Shown: positions 54,006 to 63,773, counted from the first letter of the stretch. The stretch is DNA of 64,000 nucleotides from Candidatus Bathyarchaeota archaeon (GCA_026014615.1 JAOZHZ010000027.1:18920-82919), one strand, 5' to 3'. Notes: a model not told the origin generated them from the sequence alone. Made by a program: numbers and translations.

Positions 54006-55343
54006 TTAAGCTTTTTTGATGTAGTTTATGGCTCCTTCTGCGTTTTGGAACCCAAACTGTACGCCCGCAAACTCCTTGCGCAGCGCTTTTACGTCCTGCT
54101 GGACTTCTGCGGGTTTGCGTTTGCCCTTGATTACGTCGAGCATGAGGTCGCAGAGGTGCTTAATGTCGCCTTCCTTGAAGCCCCTGCGGGTTACGTCTTG
54201 GAAGCCGATGCGCAAGCCTGAGGGGTCGCCTTTACTGCCTTGGTCATCATAGGGCAACAGGTTCTTGTTGCACACTATGTTAGCATCTTCGAGGTCTTGA
54301 GCGATTTTGTTTCCACCGCCGTACGCTCGGATGTCCACGGCAATTTGGTGACTGCGCGTGAAACCTTTGTGTTCGCACAGGACTTTAACGCCGTTCTCGT
54401 ACAGGTACTGACCCGCCGTCTGCGCGTTCTTCACAATCTGCTTCGCCAACGCGTTTCCAAACAGCTTCATCTCCAACGCCGCTACACCCAAAGCAGGCAA
54501 CCTACCCAAGTGGGTGCTGGACGCGCTGAGTGGGAAGATGGCGTACTGGATTTTCTTAACCGCTTTATCCAGCCGCTTGCCGTCAGTGTTGCCCATGACC
54601 ACGCCGCCCTGTGGACCCGGAAAGGTCTTGTGAGTGGAAGATGTGATGAAGTCTGCGCCTTCGCGGAGGGGGTCTTGGAAGACGCCGCCTGCCACCAAAC
54701 CCAAAACATGCGAGGAATCGTAGGCAACGTATGCGCCGACTTCGTCGCACACTTCCTTAAGCTCCTTGATGGGGTGAGGGAACAAAAAGAGGCTGCCGCC
54801 GAAGGTGACGATGCCCGGTTTGGCTGCTCGGATGACGTCTGCTGAGCGGTCGGGGTCGATGTTCATTTCGTTTATGTCGTAAACGTGGCTGATGTTTTCT
54901 ATACCAAGGACAGCACCTGCCAAGCCCGTGTAGTCGTGGCTGATGTGCGCGCCACAGCTGAGGGGGGTAACAACCATTTTGCGGTTCTTAGTCGCCAATG
55001 ATAAGCCTTTGAAGGTTGCGAGGTTAGCGTGGGTGCCTGACACTAGGCGGGTGTCTGCCCAGTTGCATTTAAACAGGCTCTTCATAAGATCCGTGGCGTA
55101 GTCCTCGATGGGCGACATAAACTTTTGACCTTGATAGTAACGTTTCTTTACGTGTCCCTGAAGGTCGTTGTCGCCTTCCGCGTACCTGCCCTCCAAATCT
55201 GAAGCGGCGGCTTGCATTTCTTTGACTGCGGGCGATTTTATGCCTTCGCTAGCAATCATGTTTATGCATTCTTGGTCGCGGTATTGTTCATGGTTACGGG
55301 TGGCTTCTGCAAGTTTTAGAACGAGGTCGTAGAAGTCTTCCAT
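54006..55343 (-). CDS. glyA: Serine hydroxymethyltransferase (archaeal type)
   Basis: SSTHKTFPGPQGG is the PLP-lysine motif. 445 aa, with SHMT-like sequence throughout. Confidence 0.9.
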   Translation of the reverse strand: MEDFYDLVLKLAEATRNHEQYRDQECINMIASEGIKSPAVKEMQAAASDLEGRYAEGDNDLQGHVKKRYYQGQKFMSPIEDYATDLMKSLFKCNWADTRLVSGTHANLATFKGLSLATKNRKMVVTPLSCGAHISHDYTGLAGAVLGIENISHVYDINEMNIDPDRSADVIRAAKPGIVTFGGSLFLFPHPIKELKEVCDEVGAYVAYDSSHVLGLVAGGVFQDPLREGADFITSSTHKTFPGPQGGVVMGNTDGKRLDKAVKKIQYAIFPLSASSTHLGRLPALGVAALEMKLFGNALAKQIVKNAQTAGQYLYENGVKVLCEHKGFTRSHQIAVDIRAYGGGNKIAQDLEDANIVCNKNLLPYDDQGSKGDPSGLRIGFQDVTRRGFKEGDIKHLCDLMLDVIKGKRKPAEVQQDVKALRKEFAGVQFGFQNAEGAINYIKKA

Positions 55344-55459
55344 CTTAATCGTCCTCAGTAGTTACCAACCGAAAATACGGTGGTGATATTTAGCCCTTAC
55401 TGGAAAAGCCGACTGTAATCCGCCATGTTTCCAAACGCTCCCGCGTTCTTTTGCGTTTG

Positions 55460-55744
55460 CTAAACTTCGTTTGTTGGCTGCTTGTTCTTCGGGTTGGTCT
55501 TCTCTAAAACGTAGGCGGCAATCGCGGCGAAGGGCAACAGCAGAAACAGCAGGGGAATAGCCGATAACTCTTCGTTCCCAGAAAAACTTGAATCTGTTGC
55601 ATCTAACTCTTCAGATACTTCTGGCTGTGGTGCTGAGAATGCTTGAACCAGAAATAAAGACAACACAACCGCTACACATGCCACAGCGGCGGCAAGGCAA
55701 GTGGTTTTCTTTATGAAGTGTTTCTGTTTTTTCGTTTCCTGCAC
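55460..55744 (-). CDS. Small exported protein with a C-terminal hydrophobic anchor
   Basis: 94 aa with an N-terminal signal/TM, an acidic middle and the tail IPLLFLLLPFAAIAAYVL. Confidence 0.4.
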   Translation of the reverse strand: MQETKKQKHFIKKTTCLAAAVACVAVVLSLFLVQAFSAPQPEVSEELDATDSSFSGNEELSAIPLLFLLLPFAAIAAYVLEKTNPKNKQPTNEV

Positions 55745-55932
55745 CTCTCCCTAATCTTTCCCGAGTTAGGGCTTGCTTATTTTTAAGCCATTTTGTTAAC
55801 TCCGCTTTCGTGATTTGCAAAGCCCATTTGGAAAACAAAAGCCGCAAAAGAAACCCCGAAGAGCTTTGGGATGCCTCGTTCCGCTTCAACGACTGCATAA
55901 CGGTCTTATACCCTCAGTTGTCCATTGTTTAG

Positions 55933-56571
55933 TTGATGTTTATGAAGGACCAATGGAGCAAACCCTACCACGTTGTGTTGGAAGTGGAGAACCGTCAATG
56001 CACCATAGCCAAACGGCTGGCGCCTCTGGGGCTAAAACATGTCAAGGTCACAGATATACGCAGTTCAGACCCCAAATCCGTCAAGCACCTAATCGAATTG
56101 GACCCCGCCGAAGTCAAAAAGATAAAGAACCCGCCCGCTGAACTCAAAGCCGCCGTTCAAGGCAAAGCCTCAGTCTGGATGGAAAGCGAAGGCTGTGGTG
56201 TATGCCACAACATTCTTTCCAGCGACGCCTTTCTCGTGTCAGGCAAAAGCATCGAAGGCTACACCATAATGTACAGCTTCATGGTTCCCAGCTTTGAAGC
56301 CTTCCAAAAAATCATGTCCGCCATGCAAGCCGCAGGGCTCAAAGCGACAATCCTTAAAATGGGTAAATTTGAACCCAAAGAAGGAGTTTTGACCGAGAAG
56401 CAGGAACGGATCTTTTGGTTGGCGCTGAAAGGCGGCTTTTTTGATTACCCAAGAAAAATTGACTCCGCAGAGCTTGCGGCGAAACTGGGCATCAGTCCGT
56501 CTACGTTATCGGAGATTACCCGCCGAGGCACAAGACGCCTGCTCGAGTACTACTTCAAAAGCGAGACCTGA
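55933..56571 (+). CDS. HTH_10 (bacterio-opsin-activator-type) DNA-binding protein
   Basis: The C-terminal region is LTEKQERIFWLALKGGFFDYPRKIDSAELAAKLGISPSTLSEITRRGTRRLLEYY. Confidence 0.75.
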   Translation: MMFMKDQWSKPYHVVLEVENRQCTIAKRLAPLGLKHVKVTDIRSSDPKSVKHLIELDPAEVKKIKNPPAELKAAVQGKASVWMESEGCGVCHNILSSDAFLVSGKSIEGYTIMYSFMVPSFEAFQKIMSAMQAAGLKATILKMGKFEPKEGVLTEKQERIFWLALKGGFFDYPRKIDSAELAAKLGISPSTLSEITRRGTRRLLEYYFKSET

Positions 56572-56576
56572 AGCGT

Positions 56577-57689
56577 TCACGCGGTTTTTCTTTTTCTTAC
56601 TGCAAAGAATACAGTCGTGGCTGCCAAGGCGAGGGTTAATGCTGCGAAGATGTACATGTAATTTGTGGTTGCATCTAGCTGGCTGGTTTTTTCTTCATAT
56701 TCTGCTTCTAGGTTGTTGTAGTCTGTAACTGCTGTGTTGTAGTCGGCTTCAAGGGTTTCATGGTTTGCCTGTAAATCTTCGTATGTGTTCTGCAGGTCTT
56801 CGTAAGTGTTTACCATTTCCTCGTAATCCGCTTGTAACTCCTCGTAATCCGCTTGTAATTCTTGATGTGTCATGTTCAATGCTTGGAGTTCTGCCTGCAA
56901 TAAGCTGTATTGGGTATCCAGCGAACTGTAATTTGCATTCAACGAAGCAAACTCTTGTGTTAAGTTGTCATAGTCTCGTACAAGATCATTATACGTCGCA
57001 TCTAACGCCTGATACGTTGTGTTCAACTGGTCGCAGTCACCCTCTAAACTGGTGTAATTTGCATCCAACGCAGCAAGCTCCTGCGTCAATGTCTGAAACT
57101 CTAAATCCAGCGCTTCATGTTCCGCCATTAACTCCGCATATTCGCCATCCACCCAAACCTCAAGAGGCACCACTTCCACTGTGCACCCTGAAACCGTGTG
57201 AGAAATATTTGTCCCCGAGGACTCCATAATGACAGTATCCACCAAGTTAACTTGGGTCGAACCAGTTCCCACAACTTTGAAGTAATAAACAAACAGGGTA
57301 GCTGAACCAGAAAAACCAGGGGCTGAAGCAGAAAATGGTGCAATATCGAAATAATGAGAGTTGGGGGAAGGTCCACTTCCGAAGCCTGAACCGCCGTATC
57401 CACCTACTTTATCGTAAAAGTCTTGGTCCATTTTCCCAAAGACAGGTTCTAGAATGTTTGAATCATACCGCATGGTTAAGGAGACGTTGCGTAGTCCTAC
57501 TACGTTTTGGATGGCAAGGTTTATGGCTACAACTGTGGGGCCGTCGTCTTTGTCTAGATATGGAATGGTTATGTTTTGTGGTTCAAGAGATAGAACCGTT
57601 GTTTCGTCGTCTGCTTTTGTCTGCATTACTGGCATAGTCATTATCAACAATAAAGCTAAGAAAATTAAACCTTTAATTGGTCTGTTCAT
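56577..57689 (-). CDS. Surface protein with a cohesin-like N-terminal domain, long acidic coiled coil and C-terminal TM
   Basis: A signal peptide is followed by a beta-domain (VVAINLAIQNVVGLRNVSLTMRYDSNILEP). About 170 aa of Y/L/E/D/Q heptad-like repeats follow, including a tandem ELQADYEE duplication. The tail is a TM with RKRK. Confidence 0.65.
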   Translation of the reverse strand: MNRPIKGLIFLALLLIMTMPVMQTKADDETTVLSLEPQNITIPYLDKDDGPTVVAINLAIQNVVGLRNVSLTMRYDSNILEPVFGKMDQDFYDKVGGYGGSGFGSGPSPNSHYFDIAPFSASAPGFSGSATLFVYYFKVVGTGSTQVNLVDTVIMESSGTNISHTVSGCTVEVVPLEVWVDGEYAELMAEHEALDLEFQTLTQELAALDANYTSLEGDCDQLNTTYQALDATYNDLVRDYDNLTQEFASLNANYSSLDTQYSLLQAELQALNMTHQELQADYEELQADYEEMVNTYEDLQNTYEDLQANHETLEADYNTAVTDYNNLEAEYEEKTSQLDATTNYMYIFAALTLALAATTVFFAVRKRKTA

Positions 57690-57757
57690 ACTCCCCACTT
57701 GACCTTTTTCAGGTCTGAGCTGATATAAAGGTTTTGTATACAACCTTGACCGCTTTT

Positions 57758-58475
57758 CTACATTTCTTCCTTTCTACTTTTGCATCCAAACAAGCAACCC
57801 GGCCGCGGCTGCATCTGAACCTTCAAAACCCTAAGCGCTGCCCACAAAGTAGCAGAATTACTGTTGACCACGGGTTTTTGCAGTTTAGCTTCCAGCGCGG
57901 GAATTGCCTCAAGCGTCCTAAAATTTGTGCAGCTAACAAACACCGCCTCCGCCAATGGGTCGTCGGCTTTTTGCGCGGCGTCTGTAGCGTCCTGCGCGGT
58001 GAGTTTGCCGATTTGCAAGTCATCACGTAAACCCAACGAGTGCTCCTTGACTACTCAAAGCCGCTCTGCCCTAAGAACTCGACTTCCTTGCGTGTGACCT
58101 CAGAGATATAAGGCGTTGCCAACGAGATTTTACGGGCGTTTAAGTCGTTGAGGACATGTACCACCGCTCCCGAAGTAACGACTACGGGGCACTTGGCAAC
58201 CTCAGAGATTTTTTTGCTATTGTGGCGTCGTGACCCACACCCTTAATTAGGCTATCTGACGTGCAGGCAAATGTTACGGCTTCAACGGCGGCGTCTTTGA
58301 GGAGTTGCGCGGCGTTTTCAGTTTGCTTCTCCATGGCGGAAAGACCTTTGACGGTGACGTTTCTGAGGGGGGATTCGCGTGAAGTGGAGACTGATTTGGC
58401 TGCCTTGGAGCGCGGCAGAGAATTCGGTTTCAATTGTGGTGTTGGATGAGGGCAAGATGACGCCGAGGCGTTGCA
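57758..58475 (-). pseudogene. Maleate isomerase/Asp-Glu racemase-superfamily gene with 3 frameshifts
   Basis: Four consecutive segments lie in different frames: MQRLGVILPSSNTTIETEF.., ..LRNVTVKGLSAMEKQ..ACTSDSLIKG.., ..SEVAKCPVVVTSGAVV..FLGQSGFE, ..VVKEHSLGLRDD..VFVSCTNFRTLEAIPALEAKLQKPVVNSNSATLWAALR. Confidence 0.75.
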
Positions 58476-58697
58476 TAATTATCAGAAACGTTATGGTGAG
58501 TATTTCTTATTTTTTTTACGGCTATTTGCTTTCAAGAGTAAATTGTCCCAGAACCTCAAGGTGAACAAAATCGTTAAATCACGCATGTATTCTCTGGTAA
58601 TTGGGCAAAGCCCCTTCTAAAAGTTTTTAATCCCTTATATGTTCGGGATAAACACTATCTTTGCCCAACCCAAACATAACTTAAAGGTGAAAAACCT

Positions 58698-60353
58698 ATG
58701 AGTCAAACTAAACCCGAAACCCCCATGTTCTGTTGGCAATGCGAACAAACAGCCCACGGAACAGGCTGCTCAACTTTTGGCGTCTGCGGAAAATCTCCCG
58801 ACGTAGCCAACCTACAAGACCTTCTGATTTACCTGCTTCGAGGAACCAGCCAATTAGCCGTTGAAGGACGAAAAGTCGGCGTAACAAACGAAAAAACCGA
58901 CATCTTCATCGCCGAAGCAACCTTCGCAACCTTAACGAACGTGAACTTTGATCCTGAAGACCTTGCGAACCGTTACATCAAAAAAACCGTGGACCTACGG
59001 GAAGCCCTCAAGGAAAAGGTCAAGGCTGCAGGTGGAAAAACCGATTTCCAAGGAGCCGCAACCATATTCCCAGAACCAACCATCGAAGGTATGATTAGGC
59101 AAGGACCACAAGTCGGCATCAGAGCAGACTCGGCCGATAATCCTGATTTGCAGGGGCTTCATTGGTTGCTGATTTACGGCATCAAAGGTGTCGCTGCATA
59201 CGCGTACCACGCATACCGTTTCGGTAAAAAAGACGACAACGTCTTTGAGTTCATCGAACAGGGACTCGCCGCGACGCTGGATAAGTCTTTAGGCGTCAAC
59301 GACTTTGTTGGCTTAGCCCTGAGGTGCGGCGAAATTAACATTCGTGCCATGGAATTGCTTGATGCAGGAAACACCGAAACCTACGGTCACCCCGCCCCAA
59401 CCAAAGTTCCGCTTGGACACAAAAAAGGTAAAGCTATTCTCGTCTCTGGACACGACCTCATAGACTTAGAAGCAATTCTCAAACAAACCGAAGGTAAAGG
59501 TATCACCGTTTACACTCACGGCGAAATGCTTCCCACCCATGGTTACCCCAAACTCAAAGCCTACCCCCACTTCTACGGCCACTACGGCACCGCATGGCAA
59601 AACCAAACCCGCGAATTCCCCGCGTTCCCAGGCGCCATCCTCATGACCACCAACTGTATCCAAAAACCCGCCGAAACCTACAAAGCAAACATCTTTACCG
59701 CTGGACCAGTCGGCTGGCCAGGCGTCACACACGTACCCAACGACGACTTCTCTACAGTAATTGAACAAGCCCTCGAACTGCCAGGGTTCCCTGACGACGT
59801 CGAAGGCAAGACCGTAATGGTTGGCTTTGCAAGAAACGCAGTTTTAGGCTTAGCTGGCACCGTGATAGACGCGGTAAAGCAGGGTAAAATCAAGCACTTC
59901 TTCTTTGTTGGTGGTTGTGACGGCGCAAAACCTGGACGCAGTTACTACACTGAATTCGTGGAGAGCACCCCCAAAGACACGGTTATCTTGACTTTGGCTT
60001 GTGGCAAATTCCGCTTCTTTGACAAAGACCTTGGTGACATCGGCGGCATCCCCCGGCTGCTAGACATTGGACAATGCAACGACGCATACTCCGCTGTGGT
60101 GATTGCTCAAGCATTGGCAAAGGCTTTCAACGTGAGCTTAAACGAGTTGCCGCTGTCGATGATTCTGTCATGGTACGAGCAGAAAGCCTGCGCCATACTG
60201 CTTTCGCTGTTGTACTTAGGCGTAAAAAACATCCGCTTAGGACCAAGTTTGCCCGCGTTCATCACGCCGAACGTGCTGAAAGTGCTCGTGGACAACTTTA
60301 ACATCATGCCCACCACAACCGCCGACGAAGACCTCAAAGCAATCTTAGGCTAA
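58698..60353 (+). CDS. hcp: Hybrid cluster protein (hydroxylamine reductase)
   Basis: The N-terminus is MFCWQCEQTAHGTGCSTFGVCGK. 551 aa, with Hcp-like sequence throughout. The RBS is AAAGGTGA. Confidence 0.9.
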   Translation: MSQTKPETPMFCWQCEQTAHGTGCSTFGVCGKSPDVANLQDLLIYLLRGTSQLAVEGRKVGVTNEKTDIFIAEATFATLTNVNFDPEDLANRYIKKTVDLREALKEKVKAAGGKTDFQGAATIFPEPTIEGMIRQGPQVGIRADSADNPDLQGLHWLLIYGIKGVAAYAYHAYRFGKKDDNVFEFIEQGLAATLDKSLGVNDFVGLALRCGEINIRAMELLDAGNTETYGHPAPTKVPLGHKKGKAILVSGHDLIDLEAILKQTEGKGITVYTHGEMLPTHGYPKLKAYPHFYGHYGTAWQNQTREFPAFPGAILMTTNCIQKPAETYKANIFTAGPVGWPGVTHVPNDDFSTVIEQALELPGFPDDVEGKTVMVGFARNAVLGLAGTVIDAVKQGKIKHFFFVGGCDGAKPGRSYYTEFVESTPKDTVILTLACGKFRFFDKDLGDIGGIPRLLDIGQCNDAYSAVVIAQALAKAFNVSLNELPLSMILSWYEQKACAILLSLLYLGVKNIRLGPSLPAFITPNVLKVLVDNFNIMPTTTADEDLKAILG

Positions 60354-60385
60354 AGCATCGCAGCAGAGCTTAAGCTTAACACCAC

Positions 60386-60649
60386 TTACTTTCCTTTTCT
60401 TTCACGATTTTCTTTTGTTAAATGAAACAGGGAACCAAACAAAGCAACTATGGAGCCCACCAAAAGCCCCACGGCGACAGGAACGTTTCCGAAGACAACT
60501 GCACCAATTCCCACTGTGGTAAATGAAAGAGCGAAAATCACGAAAGCCACGCCCCGATTCTCACTTTCTGCAGGGTTAGCGTTTTTTGCAGTCACATCCA
60601 ACACGTTTCTCTTTATGACTTTTATTTCTTTATCTTTTTTATAAGCCAC
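60386..60649 (-). CDS. Small hypothetical membrane protein
   Basis: 87 aa with two hydrophobic helices. It overlaps the 3' end of the flavoprotein gene by 28 nt, so support is weak. Confidence 0.3.
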   Translation of the reverse strand: MAYKKDKEIKVIKRNVLDVTAKNANPAESENRGVAFVIFALSFTTVGIGAVVFGNVPVAVGLLVGSIVALFGSLFHLTKENRERKGK

Positions 60650-61197
60650 GCAATGTTCCTGCCCAAGTCCTCCATGGTTTTCATGCCTTCCTCGTCTGCT
60701 TCTACGTCTCCCTTATTTCGTCCTACACCGATGTTCCAGTACGAAGAACCTGGAATTATCATCTGGTTGATGAGAAAGAAATTGTTAATGGCGTTAAACG
60801 TGGGCATTCCACCTGCACGGCGGACAGCAACAACAGCCGCACCCACTTTAAACTTGAACGTGTCAGGTTGGGCTCTGACCACAAAGCCTGCCCTGTCAAT
60901 CAGTGCCTTCATCTCTGGAGACATCATCGAAAAGTACGTAGGCGAACCCAAAAGAATACCGTCAGCCTTCACCATCTTCTGTATGTACTAATTAACCATA
61001 TCGTCCTCGATTACACACCGCTGATTTTTTGTTTCAAAACAAGTCCTGCAAGCTGTACAGCCCCGGATTTGCTGCCCCGCCAACTGGACAAGCTCAGTTT
61101 CAAAACCTTCAGTTTCCAGAACTTTAAGGACGCGGTTTAGAAGTGCTGCGGTGTTTCCGTCTTTTCGCGCGCTCCCACTAAAAGCAACAACATACAT
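60622..61197 (-). pseudogene. Iron-sulfur flavoprotein (Isf)/NADPH-dependent FMN reductase interrupted by one in-frame TAG (60988-60990)
   Basis: MYVVAFSGSARKDGNT...GCTACRTCFETKNQRC (Cx2Cx2Cx7C) ...[25 protein letters not shown]... Both halves share one frame. Confidence 0.7.
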
Positions 61198-61742
61198 AAC
61201 ATCAGACGCTCCAAATTCAATAAGCATAAACGGAGCAGAGAACAATAAAAAACTACCGCGCAACAACAAAAACAACGTTTTCCATATCGTTAGGCGTTCC
61301 AAAAGTAGGGGTTGGCGGGTCGCGGTTCGTTAAGAGCCACGGATTAGAAAAATTTTTTGCTGGGGAATGAGGGGACTTGGGGACTTGGTTTCCGCGTCTT
61401 TATTAACGTCCAGACCCGCCAAAGCTTTCCGATGGCTTCAGGACACTAAATACAACTTATATTTCAAGGCTTATAACAACTTGTGACAGCACAATGCCTA
61501 CAACACACAATTAAAAATTGTAGAAAGCACTACTCCAAAAGAAAACCGCTGTACGGTTTTTCTTGGGCCGGTTTTTCGTAATAACTCCTCAAGCAGAACC
61601 ACTTTCTGCAGGCGACCTCCATTAGAATTCTTGAGGACACGAACATGAGCGCGTTAACGGAAAACGACGCTTAAAGCCTACTTTTTCAGCGCTAAAATTT
61701 ATAACTTAAATACACAGAAAAAGGAAACAAGGCGTAAATGCG

Positions 61743-62291
61743 ATGACATCGATTGGACAGACTCAAATCCTGCGTGAAACGACCAACAAGGAACCATCCA
61801 AGACAGTGGGCTTAATCAGCGACACTCACATTCCCACCCGTGCAAGAGCATTACCAAAGGCTGTTTTCAAATTTTTCGCAAAGGTTGACTACATCATACA
61901 CGCAGGAGATATAGTTGAACTCGAAGTCATTGATGAATTAGAGACGTTGGCTCCTGTTCTTGCGGTTCAAGGAAACATGGACGGACCCCGAGTGTGCGGT
62001 GCTTTGCCAAAGGTTAACTCCTTGAAAGTTATGAACTGGAAAATCGGCGTCACCCATGACCCAAGCGCCTTTTACGGCATGCATAAAATGCGGGAACTTG
62101 CCAAACAAAACCTGTTTAATGTCCTTGTTTACGGGCATACGCACAGATCCAACGTGAAATGGGAAGGCAAAACGCTATACATTAACCCTGGAAGCCCCAC
62201 AAATCCTGAACCCCCATTTCTCACTCGACCAACGGTTGGCTTGCTGAGAATAACAAAAGCAGCGATTATACCTGAAATCATGCAAATCTGA
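61743..62291 (+). CDS. YfcE/MJ0936-family metallophosphoesterase
   Basis: ISDTHIP, HAGDIV, GNMD and GHTH motifs. Confidence 0.85.
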   Translation: MTSIGQTQILRETTNKEPSKTVGLISDTHIPTRARALPKAVFKFFAKVDYIIHAGDIVELEVIDELETLAPVLAVQGNMDGPRVCGALPKVNSLKVMNWKIGVTHDPSAFYGMHKMRELAKQNLFNVLVYGHTHRSNVKWEGKTLYINPGSPTNPEPPFLTRPTVGLLRITKAAIIPEIMQI

Positions 62292-62403
62292 AAACAGAAA
62301 TTGCTTTTGCAAGAATTTCCTAATAATGTGGGGCTCGCAAAACAAATGATTGCCTCTTTGCCTTTAGCCTTTTTTCGTATTGTTTTGTGGAGTAACTGCT
62401 GGA

Positions 62404-63630
62404 CTACCCTGTAAGTCTGAGCCTTATCTTCACAGCCACTGCAACAACACAAACAGCAACAGCCAACGCTAAGAACGCTAAAGTTGTAAATTCAGGTATG
62501 GTTGGTGATGGGAATGCGGTTGGAGTTGGGTAGTCTGTTGCTGAGGGTGATGATGAGGTGGATGCTGTTGGACTGGGGATCGTAGATGAAAGAGCAGAAT
62601 CTCTCTCTATCTTAGCAAGCCAAGCTTGTTTGGCTGCCCTTCCTGCGGTTGAATACCCCCAATCTTGTGTTTGAACCAAAGAGTTCGCTCGTCCGTTCAA
62701 GTCTATTTCCCATTGAGAATTACCTTCAGCGTCAACTTTGATTAGTTTAGAACCAGCTATCGCAAATCCGCCATCAGTTGTGTTTGTCATTGTGAAAGCG
62801 GCGCCTTCACCATAATACTGTGTCCATTGCGTTTTACCCCTTGTGTCCGTTTTTAAAATAACAACGTTTGTTCCGCCTCCATTGGTGCGTAACCACATAC
62901 AACCACCCAAAGCATAACCCCCATCACTGGTTTGAACAACAGAGCTGACCTTATTCTTATCTCCGTTACCGTATGTTTGGTTCCACTCCATTTTCCCATT
63001 TGAGTCAATTTTGACGAGCATAAAGTTATGGTCAATAGCTAACGCGTAACCCCCATCGCTGGTTTGGATAAGCGAGTTAGCTTCGCCTTCACCAAGGGTT
63101 AGGTTCCATTGCTGGTTTCCACGCGAATCAGTTTTGACAAGCCACGCCGTGTAGTGTATCCCGCTGGGCTTGTAATCGTAGTTTGAGACTCCTGCAAGTG
63201 CATAACCTTCGTCGCGTGTTTGAATGACAATGCTTGCAGCGCAGGTTCCGGTTTCAGTGTAACTTTGATTCCATTGCTGGTTGCCCGAGGGGTCTATTTT
63301 TAGTAGAAGAAAATTGTTTTGGTATCCAGCAACCACTGCATAGCCCCCGTCTGCGGTTTGGACTACATTTTGTTCCTCGCCAAAGATGGTCCCAGCGTAT
63401 GTTCGGTTCCATTGCTGGTTTCCTGTGGAATCAACTTTTAACAAATAGAAAATGCCTGTTGGAGTCTGCAAGTTGTTTGGAGCAAAATATTCTGAGCACA
63501 CCAGAAGATAACCGTTGTCCCTTGTTTGGATAACTGCCCCTGCTTTATCAATTCCATCACCAGCATAGGTTCTACTCCACACAATTGAAGGAGGAACCTC
63601 AACAGCGTGAACCGCGTTGGTCACTAACAA
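62404..63630 (-). CDS. Secreted 7x 'DGGY' repeat propeller protein, PEF-CTERM
   Basis: Repeats QTRDNGYLLVC ... QTQDWGYSTAG. The tail is PSPTIPEFTTLAFLALAV. The signal-peptide h-region is encoded upstream of the listed TTG start (the frame is open to 63693). Confidence 0.8.
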   Translation of the reverse strand: MLVTNAVHAVEVPPSIVWSRTYAGDGIDKAGAVIQTRDNGYLLVCSEYFAPNNLQTPTGIFYLLKVDSTGNQQWNRTYAGTIFGEEQNVVQTADGGYAVVAGYQNNFLLLKIDPSGNQQWNQSYTETGTCAASIVIQTRDEGYALAGVSNYDYKPSGIHYTAWLVKTDSRGNQQWNLTLGEGEANSLIQTSDGGYALAIDHNFMLVKIDSNGKMEWNQTYGNGDKNKVSSVVQTSDGGYALGGCMWLRTNGGGTNVVILKTDTRGKTQWTQYYGEGAAFTMTNTTDGGFAIAGSKLIKVDAEGNSQWEIDLNGRANSLVQTQDWGYSTAGRAAKQAWLAKIERDSALSSTIPSPTASTSSSPSATDYPTPTAFPSPTIPEFTTLAFLALAVAVCVVAVAVKIRLRLTG

Positions 63631-63731
63631 GCCAAGAATTATTACAGTTAAGATTGAGGTTACCGCAATTCTCTGAATCCTTACGGGAACTGGTTACACC
63701 TCCAACATACAAATATAGCGCTGAACCAGCG

Positions 63732-63773
63732 TTAAAGTTTATTTGTCAAGATTGGTTGGGTAAAGAAAAATTG
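63732..63773 (-). promoter_or_regulatory. Conserved upstream element, copy 3
   Basis: TTAAAGTTTATTTGTCAAGATTGGTTGGGTAAAGAAAAATTG aligns without gaps to copies 1 and 2. Confidence 0.55.

Noticed and set aside
54240-54845. 201-aa antisense ORF inside glyA, with similar long antisense or alternative-frame ORFs at 14645..15244, 19165..19674, 20472..20969, 34690..35298, 34994..35512, 44935..45471 and 39374..39913
   Set aside because: Each is fully contained in a gene with clear family signatures on the other strand or frame. Their compositions are odd and they have no recognisable motifs.
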